From contig JBPOIB010000001.1 of NCBI GenBank assembly GCA_052034935.1, forward strand, positions 1,341 through 65,340: 64,000 bases of DNA, read 5' to 3'. The position numbers and the translations under genes are program-made. Source of the stretch: Candidatus Moraniibacteriota bacterium (GTDB lineage Bacteria > Patescibacteriota > Minisyncoccia > Moranbacterales > UBA1568). The notes beneath the pieces were generated by a model that searched no databases, was not told the DNA's origin, and was given only the letters and a program-made list of their open reading frames with translations. Of this stretch, positions 11,882 to 22,321 are shown piece by piece (the stretch's first letter is position 1; each line of letters begins with the position of its first letter).

Positions 11882-12436
11882 ATGCTGAAAATTATCGCGG
11901 TGCTTGGGATGCCGGGAGGGGGAAAGTCAGAAGCGATCGAATATCTCATGACAAAGTACCAGTGGCCGAAGATTTATTTCGCCCAGCCGACTTTTGATGA
12001 GATGGAACGACGGGGACTCGAACGCAATCAGGCGAATGAACGATTAGTGCGCGAAGATCTCCGTAACCTACACGGTGATGATTATTATGCTCGCGAGGCA
12101 GTTAAGAAAGTTGAAGCATTACCTGACGCAAAAGTAATTCTCCTCGAAAGTTTTTATAGCGCGCCAGAATATCGAGTGTTCAAAGATCGTTTCAAAGATG
12201 ATTTTCTCACGATCGCAATTCACACGCGACCTTCTATTCGACATCAGCGGCTGCTTGTTCGACCTGAACGACCACTTACGTTACAGGAATCCGAAGAACG
12301 TGATTGGGCGCAACTTAATCGACTCACGCAGGGAACGCCGATCGCACTCGCCGATTATATGGTTATTAATGAGGGTGAATTGTCTGAGTTGCAGGCGAAG
12401 CTCGATCTCGTGGTGGAACAAATTACGAACCAATAG
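11882..12436 (+). CDS. P-loop nucleotide kinase (dephospho-CoA kinase-like/NMP kinase)
   Basis: GMPGGGKS Walker A; RHQRLLVRPERPL...ERD...IALADYMVINEG. Confidence 0.8.
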   Translation: MLKIIAVLGMPGGGKSEAIEYLMTKYQWPKIYFAQPTFDEMERRGLERNQANERLVREDLRNLHGDDYYAREAVKKVEALPDAKVILLESFYSAPEYRVFKDRFKDDFLTIAIHTRPSIRHQRLLVRPERPLTLQESEERDWAQLNRLTQGTPIALADYMVINEGELSELQAKLDLVVEQITNQ

Positions 12437-12437
12437 T

Positions 12438-13130
12438 ATGGCAAAACGCGGTAAGTTGATCGTCCTCGATGGAAGCGACGGTTCGGGGAAAGCGACCCAG
12501 GCGCGGTTTTTGATTGCCCGACTCAAGGCTGAAGGATTCAGAACAAAGACGCTTGATTTTCCTCAGTATGAAGCGAACTTTTTTGGTCAGCTGCTCGGTC
12601 GCTCGCTCGCTGGAGAGTTCGGTGATTTCATCGGGATCGATCCACACATCGGGTCCGTGCTCTATGCGGCGGATCGCTTCGAATCAAGACCAATAATCGA
12701 ACGCTGGCTGAAGCAGGGATATACCGTTGTCCTCGATCGCTATGTGAGTGCCAATCAAATCCACCAGGGTGGAAAGATCCGTGATGCAAAGAGACAGAGA
12801 GAATTCCTCAACTGGCTTGATCGGATGGAACACGACATTTTTGGGCTGCCTCGCCCGGACCGAATCGTCTATCTCGATGTGCCGGTCGAAGTTTCTCAGA
12901 GGCTGCTCGGTTTGGAAGAACAGAAACGGAAAAAAGTATATTTGAAAAAGGGGCAGAAAGACCAGGCTGAGAGCAATCCGAAGCATCTCGCTGAAAGTCG
13001 GGAGAATGCACTCCGACTGGTGAAGAAGCTCAATGCTTGGACGAAAATCGATTGTACAAGAAAGGGAGAAATGCTCTCGCGTGAGACGATTGCTGAAAAA
13101 GTCTGGAAAGTAATTGAAAAAAACCTATGA
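12438..13130 (+). CDS. tmk: Thymidylate kinase
   Basis: ATG at 12438; LIVLDGSDGSGKATQ, DFPQY, LYAADR and VLDRYVSAN. Confidence 0.93.
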   Translation: MAKRGKLIVLDGSDGSGKATQARFLIARLKAEGFRTKTLDFPQYEANFFGQLLGRSLAGEFGDFIGIDPHIGSVLYAADRFESRPIIERWLKQGYTVVLDRYVSANQIHQGGKIRDAKRQREFLNWLDRMEHDIFGLPRPDRIVYLDVPVEVSQRLLGLEEQKRKKVYLKKGQKDQAESNPKHLAESRENALRLVKKLNAWTKIDCTRKGEMLSRETIAEKVWKVIEKNL

Positions 13131-13549
13131 ATATTCACGTAAAGAAACTGCATCCGGACGCGGTTCTGCCAGCCTTCGCTCATCCTGGCGATGCGGGGAT
13201 GGACTTGTACTCGGTAGAGGATATGGTGCTCGAGCCGGGCGAGCGGCGCTCGGTGCCGACGGGGATCGCGATCGCGCTCCCGGACGGTTATGTCAGTCTC
13301 GTTTGGGACAAGAGCGGCGTCTCGCATAAATTCGGTGTGAAGACGCTCGGCGGCGTGCTCGATAGCGGCTATCGTGGTGAATACTTGATCGGTCTCGTCA
13401 ATCTGGGACAGGAAAATTTCGAGATAAAAAAGGGCCAGAAAATCGCTCAACTCTTGATTCAAAAAGTCGAGCGGCCGGATATCACGGTCGTCGATGAGTT
13501 GGACGAGACGAGTCGTGGGGCTGGAGGTTTCGGGTCGACTGGGGTATAA
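13127..13549 (+). CDS. dut: dUTP diphosphatase
   Basis: AGMDL, GVLDSGYRGE, KIAQL and RGAGGFGSTG motifs. Confidence 0.97.
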   Translation: MNIHVKKLHPDAVLPAFAHPGDAGMDLYSVEDMVLEPGERRSVPTGIAIALPDGYVSLVWDKSGVSHKFGVKTLGGVLDSGYRGEYLIGLVNLGQENFEIKKGQKIAQLLIQKVERPDITVVDELDETSRGAGGFGSTGV

Positions 13550-13561
13550 TCACTCCTTCCT

Positions 13562-13969
13562 ATGAAAATCTATTTTGCTGGTTCCATCCGCGGCGGTCGT
13601 GAGGACGCTCCACTCTATGCGGAAATCATCACCCTTCTTCAGCAATACGGAGAAGTACTGACGGAACATGTCGGCAATGTCAGCCTCTCCGTTCAGGGTG
13701 AAGGGAAGGCAGCAGAAGTAATTTTTCAGCGGGATGTTGATTGGATTCGCGAGGCGGACGTGATTGTCGCGGAGGTGACAACCGTTTCGCTCGGGGTCGG
13801 CTATGAAATCGGGTTTGCGGAACAGATCGGGAAGAAAATCATCTGTCTTTATCGGCCACAGGCAAAGCGACGGCTCTCGGCGATGATACTCGGAAACACG
13901 AAGCTGACGGTGGTAGAATATGAGGGTATGGAAGACGTGGCAAAGAAGCTTAAAGAACTGTTAGGATAA
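13562..13969 (+). CDS. Nucleoside 2-deoxyribosyltransferase family (Rcl/DNPH1-like dNMP N-glycosidase)
   Basis: KIYFAGSIRGGRED, VLTEH, RDVDWI, AEVT..SLGVGYE and LSAMILG. Confidence 0.88.
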   Translation: MKIYFAGSIRGGREDAPLYAEIITLLQQYGEVLTEHVGNVSLSVQGEGKAAEVIFQRDVDWIREADVIVAEVTTVSLGVGYEIGFAEQIGKKIICLYRPQAKRRLSAMILGNTKLTVVEYEGMEDVAKKLKELLG

Positions 13970-13974
13970 GCATT

Positions 13975-15450
13975 ATGGCACAGTACGAACCGACAATCGG
14001 AATGGAGGTCCATGTGGAGCTAAAAACAGCTTCCAAGATGTTTTGCCGCTGCAAAAATAGCCGCGGAATGGAAACCGAGCCCAATGTGCATGTCTGCCAT
14101 GTCTGTACCGGGCAGCCGGGTGCTTTGCCGGTCCCGAACGAAGAGGCGATCAAGGGCGTTCAGAAAGTGGGCTTGGCACTCAACTGCGCGCTCCGCTTCC
14201 ACTCGAAATTCGACCGGAAGAACTATTTTTACCCGGATTTACCAAAAGGATATCAGATCTCGCAGTTCGATGAGCCATTCTGCGAGCATGGCACCATGGA
14301 AATCGGCGGCAAGCCGTTCAATGTGACACGCATCCATCTGGAAGAAGATACCGGCAAGCTGACCCACCCGGACGGCGCTGACCACACACTCGTCGACTAC
14401 AACCGGGCCGGACTGCCCCTCATGGAACTCGTGACGGAACCGGATTTCTCGAATGCGAAAGACGCTCGGACTTTTTGTCAGAAACTCCAGCAGATTTTAC
14501 GTTACCTCGACGTGTCCGATGCTGATATGGAGAAAGGCCAGATGCGTTGCGAGGTGAACATCTCACTCCATGAAGTCGGCGCCGACCGTTTGTCCGGGAC
14601 GAAAGTCGAAGTGAAGAATATCAACTCTTTCCGTTCCGTCGAGCGGGCAATTGAATTCGAAATCGTTCGCCAGACAGAAGCACTTGAAAAAGGCGAGAAA
14701 ATCGTGCAGGAGACACGCGGCTGGGATGAGAACCGGAACGCAACGGTCTCACAGCGAAAAAAGGAATCGGCCCATGACTACCGTTATTTCCCCGAACCGG
14801 ATATCGCCCCTTTTGATTTCACTGGCGATTATGTCACGGCACTGAAGGAATCACTGCCGGAACTGCCGGACGCGAAGCTCACCCGCTTCGTGGCGGAGTT
14901 TTCTTTGCCTGAATCTGACGCTGCACTTTTGACTGAAGACAAAGAGGTTGCTCATTACTTCGAAGCGGTGGCGAGCGAACTTGGCGCTAAACATGATGGT
15001 GAGGAACTCTCGGCTGATGTGCCGAAAGCGGTGAAACTTGCAGCGAACTACTTCATCACGGAAGTCCGGAAGCATTTGGCTGAAATCGGAAAATCAATCA
15101 ACGAGTTTGTCATCACGCCTGAGAACTTTGCTGAATTCATCGCACTCGTCGCAGATGGAAAGATCAACTCCAGCGCGGCGCAGACGGTCCTCGCTGAGAT
15201 GTACAAGGGCGAAGACAATGATCCATCGCATATCGTCGAACGGCTCAACCTCGCCCAGATGAGCGACGCCGGTGAGCTTGAGGGAATTATTGATACGATA
15301 CTCGCAAATAACGCTCAATCGGTCGCTGACTTCAAAGCGGGTAAAGCGAACGCGCTTCAATACCTGGTGGGTCAGGTGATGAAAGAGACAAAGGGGAAAG
15401 CCAACCCAGGTGTCGCCAAGGAACTCTTGCAGAAAAAGATTGCAGCGTAA
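13975..15450 (+). CDS. gatB: Asp/Glu-tRNA amidotransferase subunit B
   Basis: IGMEVHVEL, FDRKNYFYPDLPKGYQISQ, YRYFPEPD and GQVMKETKGKANP. Confidence 0.98.
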   Translation: MAQYEPTIGMEVHVELKTASKMFCRCKNSRGMETEPNVHVCHVCTGQPGALPVPNEEAIKGVQKVGLALNCALRFHSKFDRKNYFYPDLPKGYQISQFDEPFCEHGTMEIGGKPFNVTRIHLEEDTGKLTHPDGADHTLVDYNRAGLPLMELVTEPDFSNAKDARTFCQKLQQILRYLDVSDADMEKGQMRCEVNISLHEVGADRLSGTKVEVKNINSFRSVERAIEFEIVRQTEALEKGEKIVQETRGWDENRNATVSQRKKESAHDYRYFPEPDIAPFDFTGDYVTALKESLPELPDAKLTRFVAEFSLPESDAALLTEDKEVAHYFEAVASELGAKHDGEELSADVPKAVKLAANYFITEVRKHLAEIGKSINEFVITPENFAEFIALVADGKINSSAAQTVLAEMYKGEDNDPSHIVERLNLAQMSDAGELEGIIDTILANNAQSVADFKAGKANALQYLVGQVMKETKGKANPGVAKELLQKKIAA

Positions 15451-15454
15451 ATCT

Positions 15455-16051
15455 ATGCAACAAGTGGTAGTCATTGGCGGTGGTGATACCTTTGATACGT
15501 ATGACGGCTACCTCGCCGCGCTCCGTGGGCGAATGCTTACGCTTGAACGGTTGCGCGGCGGCGGATGGAAATCTGTTCTTGGTTCAGCTCTTGGGGATGG
15601 GTATGAAGTGCTATCGCTTCGCATGCCGTGCCCGGACAATGCGAAGTATCTCGAATGGAAGATCGTCTTCGAACAGCTCCTTCCACTCCTTCCAGCGCCG
15701 GCTATTTTCATCGGTCACTCGCTTGGCGGCATCTTTCTCGCGAAATACTTTTCTGAGGAGAGAAAATTTGAAAAAGCCAAAGCTCTTTTCCTCATCGCTG
15801 CGCCGTACGAGAGCGGAGATGAATACTCGCTCGTTGACTTTAAGTTTACCGATGATCTGCGAGGTCTCGCTTCATCAGACACTCCTGTTCATCTGTATCA
15901 GAGCAAAGATGATGTAATAGTGTCTTTCTCAAACCTTGAACGTTACCTTCGAGCGCTCCCATCTTCGCTCCCTCATGTTTTCGATGATCGCGGACATTTT
16001 CTTGGTGAGGAATTCCCCGAGCTCGTTGAGGATATCCTTAGAATCACCTAG
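15455..16051 (+). CDS. Alpha/beta hydrolase (YdeN/RBBP9-like)
   Basis: ATG at 15455; GHSLGG nucleophile motif, SKDDVIV and DRGHF. Confidence 0.85.
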   Translation: MQQVVVIGGGDTFDTYDGYLAALRGRMLTLERLRGGGWKSVLGSALGDGYEVLSLRMPCPDNAKYLEWKIVFEQLLPLLPAPAIFIGHSLGGIFLAKYFSEERKFEKAKALFLIAAPYESGDEYSLVDFKFTDDLRGLASSDTPVHLYQSKDDVIVSFSNLERYLRALPSSLPHVFDDRGHFLGEEFPELVEDILRIT

Positions 16052-16121
16052 CTTTTTGATAGGCCCCTTGTCTCACTGAAGAGTCGGGTTTATAGTCCAG
16101 AGTGAAGATGTTCTGAAAAAT

Positions 16122-16694
16122 ATGAATCCTCAAAATAAAAAAATTACCCTCGGAATTCTGCTAACGTTCGTAACGGCCGCTTCCCTCGTTAGTCTGACCG
16201 TCCTTGTCTTTGGTCCGAAGCAAGAAACGCTGCTTGAACCAATGAGTATGAGTTCTCACGTACCTGCGGTAGCTGCTCCGGAAAGTACTGGACATGACGA
16301 TGAAAAACTACCTCGGAATTTACTGGTGAATGGTAAAGCAACAATCGAAGCGAGCTGCGCTCCTTGGGACGGTGCGGCGATTTTCATAAGGACGGATCTG
16401 GACGGAAAATATCTTGGCGTTTCCCTCTTTGCTCGGGGTCTCGAAGATTTCCGTTCGGGCAAAAAAGTCGTTATCGACGGCGGTTCGAACAGCATCACAG
16501 CAACAGGCAATGCAACACTGTGCGACTCGGCTAAAAAATGCACCGCATATGCGGCGGGACGGGTATCGATCCAAAACCAGTCTTCCGAGTATAGTGAAGA
16601 AATTCCTCTCTACCTCGATATCACCGTTGATGGACGGCTAGTGCCCGTCGAAGCAAACTGGAAAAGAGAGTCTTCTTCTGTCGTGTGCGGCTGA
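16122..16694 (+). CDS. Hypothetical membrane-anchored protein
   Basis: N-terminal TM helix and four Cys; own TATAGT element upstream. Confidence 0.65.
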   Translation: MNPQNKKITLGILLTFVTAASLVSLTVLVFGPKQETLLEPMSMSSHVPAVAAPESTGHDDEKLPRNLLVNGKATIEASCAPWDGAAIFIRTDLDGKYLGVSLFARGLEDFRSGKKVVIDGGSNSITATGNATLCDSAKKCTAYAAGRVSIQNQSSEYSEEIPLYLDITVDGRLVPVEANWKRESSSVVCG

Positions 16695-16717
16695 TACGAC
16701 CGCGTTAGTCGGCGGAG

Positions 16718-17614
16718 CTATGCGTTGATTGCACGGAGTGCTTCGGCGGTATCCTTGATCCAGTGAATCTTCACACCCTGCTTTTCGAGCCGGCGCAGCG
16801 ATGATCGCTGTCGCTTGGCGTAGTGAATGATATCGTAGGGGAGATTGGTGTAGAGCTCGGCATCGGTAATGTTTTTCTGAAGGAATTGGACGAGCGCGCG
16901 ATATTCGAGACCGAAGGATTCCATCCGTTCGTAGGAAAGACCGGCGCGGTTGAGTCGGATTGCTTCGTCGAGCATGCCAGCTTTCATTCGAGCCATTAGG
17001 CGTTCACGGATTTTTTTGTTCAGCTCTTCGACCGGCGGATTGAGGCCGAGGACGGTGTAACCCGAGAGATCGGGGAGGACGGAGCGATCGATTATAGGGA
17101 CACTGCCCAGCGTCTTCGCGATTTCGATGGCGCGCAGGAGTCGAACCTTGTTCGCTTTATCAATCGTCTTGGCGCGTTCAGGGTCGAGGCGTTTCAAGTA
17201 GCCGTAGAGCTCACCGGCATCTTTCTTGCCCCACTTCTCACGGAAGACCGGATCAGGAACGACTTTGGGAAGCGGGAGACCGAGCATGAGTGCTTCGATC
17301 CAGAAGGTCGTGCCGCCGCAGATGATGACTCGTTTGCCGCGCGCTTCGATATCAGCAATCGCCTTCGTGACATCAGCGAGGAAATGAGAAACATTATACT
17401 CAACCTTTGGGTTGGCGATGTCGATGAGGTGGTGGCGGACTTGTCGCTGCTCTTCCCGAGTGACTTTCCCAGTCCCGATGTCCATCCCACGATAGACTTG
17501 CCGGCTGTCAGCGGAAATAATCTCGGCACCGATTTCCCGGGCGAGTTCAATAGCGAGCGTCGACTTTCCGGAGGCGGTCGGTCCGACAATGACGATGATA
17601 GGAAGCTTTTCCAT
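16718..17614 (-). CDS. miaA: tRNA dimethylallyltransferase
   Basis: GPTASGKS, ISADSRQVYRGMDIGTGK and YAKRQ. Confidence 0.97.
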   Translation of the reverse strand: MEKLPIIVIVGPTASGKSTLAIELAREIGAEIISADSRQVYRGMDIGTGKVTREEQRQVRHHLIDIANPKVEYNVSHFLADVTKAIADIEARGKRVIICGGTTFWIEALMLGLPLPKVVPDPVFREKWGKKDAGELYGYLKRLDPERAKTIDKANKVRLLRAIEIAKTLGSVPIIDRSVLPDLSGYTVLGLNPPVEELNKKIRERLMARMKAGMLDEAIRLNRAGLSYERMESFGLEYRALVQFLQKNITDAELYTNLPYDIIHYAKRQRSSLRRLEKQGVKIHWIKDTAEALRAINA

Positions 17615-17662
17615 GAGTGATGAGTATGCCAGAAAAAGAACGCTTTGTAAAGAGACCGATAG

Positions 17663-20600
17663 CTAGCTCTCGATTTTCGTGACGCCCGGGAGAGCGGTAA
17701 GCGCCGCAATCGTCTCTGGAGTCTTCTCGATCGAGAAAGAGGTCTGAATCGTCTGGCCAAGGAGTCGGAGCGATACGCCGACCGGTCCAGGAGGGAGGTG
17801 ACGGAGTGTCTTCCCGATCGTATCGAAAAGTTTCGAGTCGGCACTGTCCTCACAATGAACAGTCAAGAATTCCTTGGCTATTTTCGGAGCTTCGGTTTTT
17901 CCGTGTTGGTATTTTTCGTGAGTTTTGGCGACTCGGGCGAAGTCATTCACGACCTCTCGGCTCATTCGTCGCACGTCGTCCGCGGCGAGCCGGAGTAATC
18001 CGTCTTTGCGGGTGATCTTGAGGTCGGCCATGACGATTTCATCCTCGACCATGAGGCCGGCGACCCGCTCAGCCGTCTTTCCAAAGACGAGGAGATCGAC
18101 ACGGCCGGTCATATCCTCGAGCGTGACAAAGTAGAGTGGCTGACCAGTCTTCGAGAGAGATTTGCGGGCGCTCGTGATGACACCGCCGACCGAGACATGT
18201 TTGCCGTCCGGTTCCTTTTCCAGGTGGCCGATCTCAGTTGCGGCCTTCTTCAGATATTCCGCGAACTCAGTCATCGGATGGTCGGTGACGTAGAGGCCGA
18301 GGAGTTCTTTTTCCCACTTGAGGCGTTCTTCCTTGGTCGAGTGGACCGATTCTTTGAGCGGAATCCGCATCTCGGGGAGCGGCATGTCGCCGAAGAGGCT
18401 TTGGCCGTGGGTCTCGCGGAGCGTGCGGAGTTCTTTGCCATGGGTCAGGATGGCATCGAGGTTCTCGAGCACGATCTTGCGTTCCGAAATCGAGTCGAAG
18501 GCCCCGACTTTGGCCAGAGCTTCGATCGTGCGTTTGTTGAGGTCCTTCGCTTGGACGCGTTCCATGAAGTTCTCGAGTGTGGTGAACTTTCCGCCACGTT
18601 CGCGCTCTTTCACTAGTTCTTCCGCCGCGACCGTTCCGACGTTCTTGATGGCGTTTAATCCGAAGCGGATATGCTCTTTGCCGTCAGTGCTCTTGATAAC
18701 GGCGAAGGTATCGAAGGATTCATTCACGTCTGGTGGTAGGACATCGATGCCGATTTCCCGCGATTCGCGGACTTCGATCGCGATGCGGTCCGTATCGCCC
18801 TGGTCGCTAGTGAGGAGCGCCGCCATGAATTCCGCCGGGAAGTGCGCTTTGAGATAGGCCGTCTGATAGCCGATGAGCGCGTAACATGCAGCGTGGGAAC
18901 GGTTGAAGCCGTAGCCTGCGAACGGCTCGATAAAGGCGAAGACTTTCTCGCCGATGGCACGACCGACACCGGTCTTCTCACAGCCTTCGACGAATTTCAC
19001 GCGCTGGCCGTCGACGAGTTCCTTGATTTTCTTACCGACCGCTTTACGGAGCACGTCTGCCTCCCCGAGGGAAAAGCCCGCGAGATCGCGCGCAATCTGC
19101 ATGAGCTGTTCCTGATAGACGGCGACGCCGTAGGTGTTCTTCAAAATTGGCTCGAGCTTTGGATGAAGGTATTGGACCTGCTTGGTACCGTGTTTGCCGG
19201 CGATGAAATCAGGGATGTACTCCATCGGTCCTGGTCGGTAGAGCGCGACCATCGCGATGATGTCTTCGAAAACGCTCGGCTTGAGCTGTTTCAGATAGCG
19301 CTTCATGCCGGTCGATTCGAGCTGGAAGACGCCGGTCGTGTGTGCATCCTGGAGCACCTTGTAGGCGGCCTCATCATCAAGCTCGAGTTTCTCGATGTCG
19401 GGGACTTCCTTGCCACCTTTCTTGGCGATTTTGAGCGTGTTCTCGATGATGGTCAGGTTTTTCAGTCCGAGGAAGTCCATCTTAAGAAGACCGATTTTTT
19501 CGACTGCGTTCGCCTTGGTCGACGAGGCATACTGGGTGACGACCGCATCAGCGCTCCCAGCCACGCGTTGGAGTGGTGTGTATTCGGTAACCGGGTCCTT
19601 GGTGATGACGACACCGCAGGCATGCATCGAGGCATGCCGGGCAAGGCCTTCGATTTTTTTCGCAGCGTCGACGAGGCGTTTCACCTCCGCTGATCCCTCG
19701 TAGTGTGCTTTGAATTCGGGTACCCCCTCGAGCGCTTCGCTGATCGAGGTGAACATCGGGATCATTTTGGCTGTCCGGTCGCAGAGCTCGAGCGGGATGC
19801 CAAGCGCTCGGCCGACATCGCGGATACTGCCGCGAGCGGCCATCGTTCCGAAGGTGATGATCTGAGCGACGTGGTCGGCCCCGTAGCGATGACGGACATA
19901 GTCGAGCACATCTTCGCGACGCGTATCCGCAAAGTCCATATCGACGTCGGGCATCGAAATACGCTCCGGATTGAGAAAGCGCTCGAAGAGGAGATCGTAT
20001 TTGATCGGGTCAAGGTTGGTGATGCCCGTGAGGTAGGCGACGAAGGATCCTGCCGCCGAGCCGCGGCCCGGGCCGACGACGACGCCATTATTCTTCGCCC
20101 AGTTCACGAAGTCCTGGACGATGAGGAAGTATGATGCGAAGCCGGTACCCGCGATGACCGAGAGCTCATAGTTCATGCGCTCTTCGCGCTCGGGCGTGAG
20201 CGTTTCGCCCGGATAGCGTTTCTCGAGACCGGCGAGACAAAGCTCACGGAGGTATTTGTCGGGTGTCGTACCTTCGGGGAGCGGGTACGAAGGCAGCTGG
20301 TTCTCGCCCATTTTCAGACTGAAATCGCACTGGGCAGCGATCTTTTCGGTATTGTCGCAGGCCTCTGGGATATCTTTGAAAAGTTCACGCATCTCGGCTT
20401 CACTTCGAAACGACAGATTGAACGACTTCATGCTGAAGCGCTCGGTGTCGGTCACTTTTTTGTTGTCACGAATCGCGAGGAGGACGTCTTGTGTTTCCGA
20501 ATCTTCGGGGTGGATGTAGTGGATGTCATTCGTCGCGACGAGCGGTATGCCTGTCTCGCGCGAAATCTGGACTAGTCCCTGATTCGCCACCATCTGGTTC

Positions 20601-21139
20601 TCATGCTCGTGCGGCTGTACTTCCAGGTAGAAATTTCCTGGGCCAAAGATTTCCTGGTACTCGAGCGCGACATTTTTGGCACGCTCGACATTGCCGTAGA
20701 GTGTCTCCGCGGGCACTTCGCCCTGAAGCGATCCCGACAGCGCGATGAGGCCTTCGTGGTACTGCCGGAGGAGTGCCTTGTCGGCGCGCGCCTTATAATA
20801 AAACCCCTCGAGCTGCGCGGTCGAGATGATTTTCATCAGATTCTTGTAACCGGTCTCATTTTTCACGAGAAGGACGAGCTGATTGCGCCGCCTATCTTCG
20901 GCGGTATTGTTTTTGCTGCGGAGATCTTTCGAGACCCAGATTTCGGCGCCGAGTATCGGCTTCAAACCGGCGTCTTTGGCATGGCTGTAAAACTCGACCG
21001 CGGCATAGAGGGCCGAGGTATCGGTGAGGGCGAGCGCTGACATGCCAAGCTCCTGTGCACGGTGAATCAGATGGTCCGGCGTCGGGAGCGCGGTGAGGAG
21101 GGTGTAGTGCGAGTGGACGTGGAGATGGACGAAACCCAT
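17663..21139 (-). CDS. dnaE: DNA polymerase III alpha subunit
   Basis: PHP domain (HLHVHSHY), GPGRGSAAGS, MPDVDMDF, KMDFLGL and GFNRSHA. Confidence 0.98.
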   Translation of the reverse strand: MGFVHLHVHSHYTLLTALPTPDHLIHRAQELGMSALALTDTSALYAAVEFYSHAKDAGLKPILGAEIWVSKDLRSKNNTAEDRRRNQLVLLVKNETGYKNLMKIISTAQLEGFYYKARADKALLRQYHEGLIALSGSLQGEVPAETLYGNVERAKNVALEYQEIFGPGNFYLEVQPHEHENQMVANQGLVQISRETGIPLVATNDIHYIHPEDSETQDVLLAIRDNKKVTDTERFSMKSFNLSFRSEAEMRELFKDIPEACDNTEKIAAQCDFSLKMGENQLPSYPLPEGTTPDKYLRELCLAGLEKRYPGETLTPEREERMNYELSVIAGTGFASYFLIVQDFVNWAKNNGVVVGPGRGSAAGSFVAYLTGITNLDPIKYDLLFERFLNPERISMPDVDMDFADTRREDVLDYVRHRYGADHVAQIITFGTMAARGSIRDVGRALGIPLELCDRTAKMIPMFTSISEALEGVPEFKAHYEGSAEVKRLVDAAKKIEGLARHASMHACGVVITKDPVTEYTPLQRVAGSADAVVTQYASSTKANAVEKIGLLKMDFLGLKNLTIIENTLKIAKKGGKEVPDIEKLELDDEAAYKVLQDAHTTGVFQLESTGMKRYLKQLKPSVFEDIIAMVALYRPGPMEYIPDFIAGKHGTKQVQYLHPKLEPILKNTYGVAVYQEQLMQIARDLAGFSLGEADVLRKAVGKKIKELVDGQRVKFVEGCEKTGVGRAIGEKVFAFIEPFAGYGFNRSHAACYALIGYQTAYLKAHFPAEFMAALLTSDQGDTDRIAIEVRESREIGIDVLPPDVNESFDTFAVIKSTDGKEHIRFGLNAIKNVGTVAAEELVKERERGGKFTTLENFMERVQAKDLNKRTIEALAKVGAFDSISERKIVLENLDAILTHGKELRTLRETHGQSLFGDMPLPEMRIPLKESVHSTKEERLKWEKELLGLYVTDHPMTEFAEYLKKAATEIGHLEKEPDGKHVSVGGVITSARKSLSKTGQPLYFVTLEDMTGRVDLLVFGKTAERVAGLMVEDEIVMADLKITRKDGLLRLAADDVRRMSREVVNDFARVAKTHEKYQHGKTEAPKIAKEFLTVHCEDSADSKLFDTIGKTLRHLPPGPVGVSLRLLGQTIQTSFSIEKTPETIAALTALPGVTKIES

Positions 21140-21368
21140 AGAGTGTTTTTGGTTTTATTTTCGGACAATAAAAAAACTGCTTTGAGGCAGTAGTAGAAAT
21201 GTGGAAAGACGATAGTTCATAGGTGTATTTCTCTCCGTCGCCGGCTTGCGCACGAGGCTTGGGCAGAGAAGATTACTCCTTCACTATAACGCTTTATAGG
21301 TAATAAAAAAAGCTATCCACGGACCGGGATAGCGTCGGTTGTCTCACATTGTGGACGGGTTTGCTGGC

Positions 21369-21704
21369 TTACTCCGCCCGGATCTCCTCGTACGAGGGGA
21401 GGTTGGATAGCGCTGCCGGGGCGCTCATGATAGACCAGCGGCGACGGAGCAGTCTTTTCAGCAGAGCGGTGTAGATGTTTCCTGGTGAAATCGTTTCCCA
21501 GAAAAACTGCTTCACCAGCTCGGCCATCTGCGGAACGCTCAGCCAAAGCTGCACAACCTCGACTTCGCCAGGCTTCCCTGCCTCGGTGCACTGAGTGACG
21601 CCGATACAGAGCATCGTTCCACTGACTTCGTACCCCTTCCCTGACAGGTTACCCAGACGAATCTGGGAACCGGCGGTGGTGTCGAAGATAAAGGACTGTG
21701 ACAT
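21369..21704 (-). CDS. Orphan hypothetical protein
   Basis: ATG preceded by the SD GAGGAG and promoter TTGACT-17-TATACT (21786-21758). Confidence 0.65.
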   Translation of the reverse strand: MSQSFIFDTTAGSQIRLGNLSGKGYEVSGTMLCIGVTQCTEAGKPGEVEVVQLWLSVPQMAELVKQFFWETISPGNIYTALLKRLLRRRWSIMSAPAALSNLPSYEEIRAE

Positions 21705-21979
21705 GGTGCTCTCCTCAGAGCTGGGAAGTTCCGGAATGGACCTTCTACCAGGTAAACAGTATAGCATAAAAAATGATTCAAGTCAATAGTGAAACAGGGG
21801 TATTTTTTGGTGAGAGAAAGCCATTTTTTGCCTTCATGTCAACAGGTCACTCCTGATTTTTGAACTTGAAGTGAATCTGAAAGAGAGAAACTTTTACGTT
21901 ATAAAAAAGAATCTCCTCGCCATGCAGTGCAGAGCGAGGAGGAGTGGCATGGTTCTGGCGAGGGCCGGTGGCCGGCGCG

Positions 21980-22321
21980 TTACCGGATGAATTCGGTGAT
22001 CATGTCGCGATACCTGATGTGCAGGGAGATCTGCGCGGTTTGGCGACTGAAGGCGAGCAAGCCTTCTTTTTCCATTGCTTCGATCCCGGCCAGCATCTGT
22101 GGTTGGGTGATCTGGACGAGATGAGCATTGCCCTGGAGGACGCTGGTGACCTCCAGGTTGACCTGGATGGCAGCGGGAAACCGTACGCCGCCGTCTTCCT
22201 GGACGGTGACGAATCGGGCCAACATCGCGGCGATCCACTGGGTCTCCGGCGTGTCGAGCAGCCTGGTCCAGGTTGCCGGATCTTCGAGGAGCTTTTTCAG
22301 TTCCTCAGGTGTTTTGAGCAT
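21980..22321 (-). CDS. Orphan hypothetical protein
   Basis: 113 aa; SD AGAGG, promoter TTGCTA-17-TATAGT (22441-22413) and a downstream terminator at 21903-21941. Confidence 0.7.
   Translation of the reverse strand: MLKTPEELKKLLEDPATWTRLLDTPETQWIAAMLARFVTVQEDGGVRFPAAIQVNLEVTSVLQGNAHLVQITQPQMLAGIEAMEKEGLLAFSRQTAQISLHIRYRDMITEFIR

Noticed and set aside
17663-21139. Intein or split in DnaE
   Set aside because: Normal length (1158 aa) with contiguous motifs.
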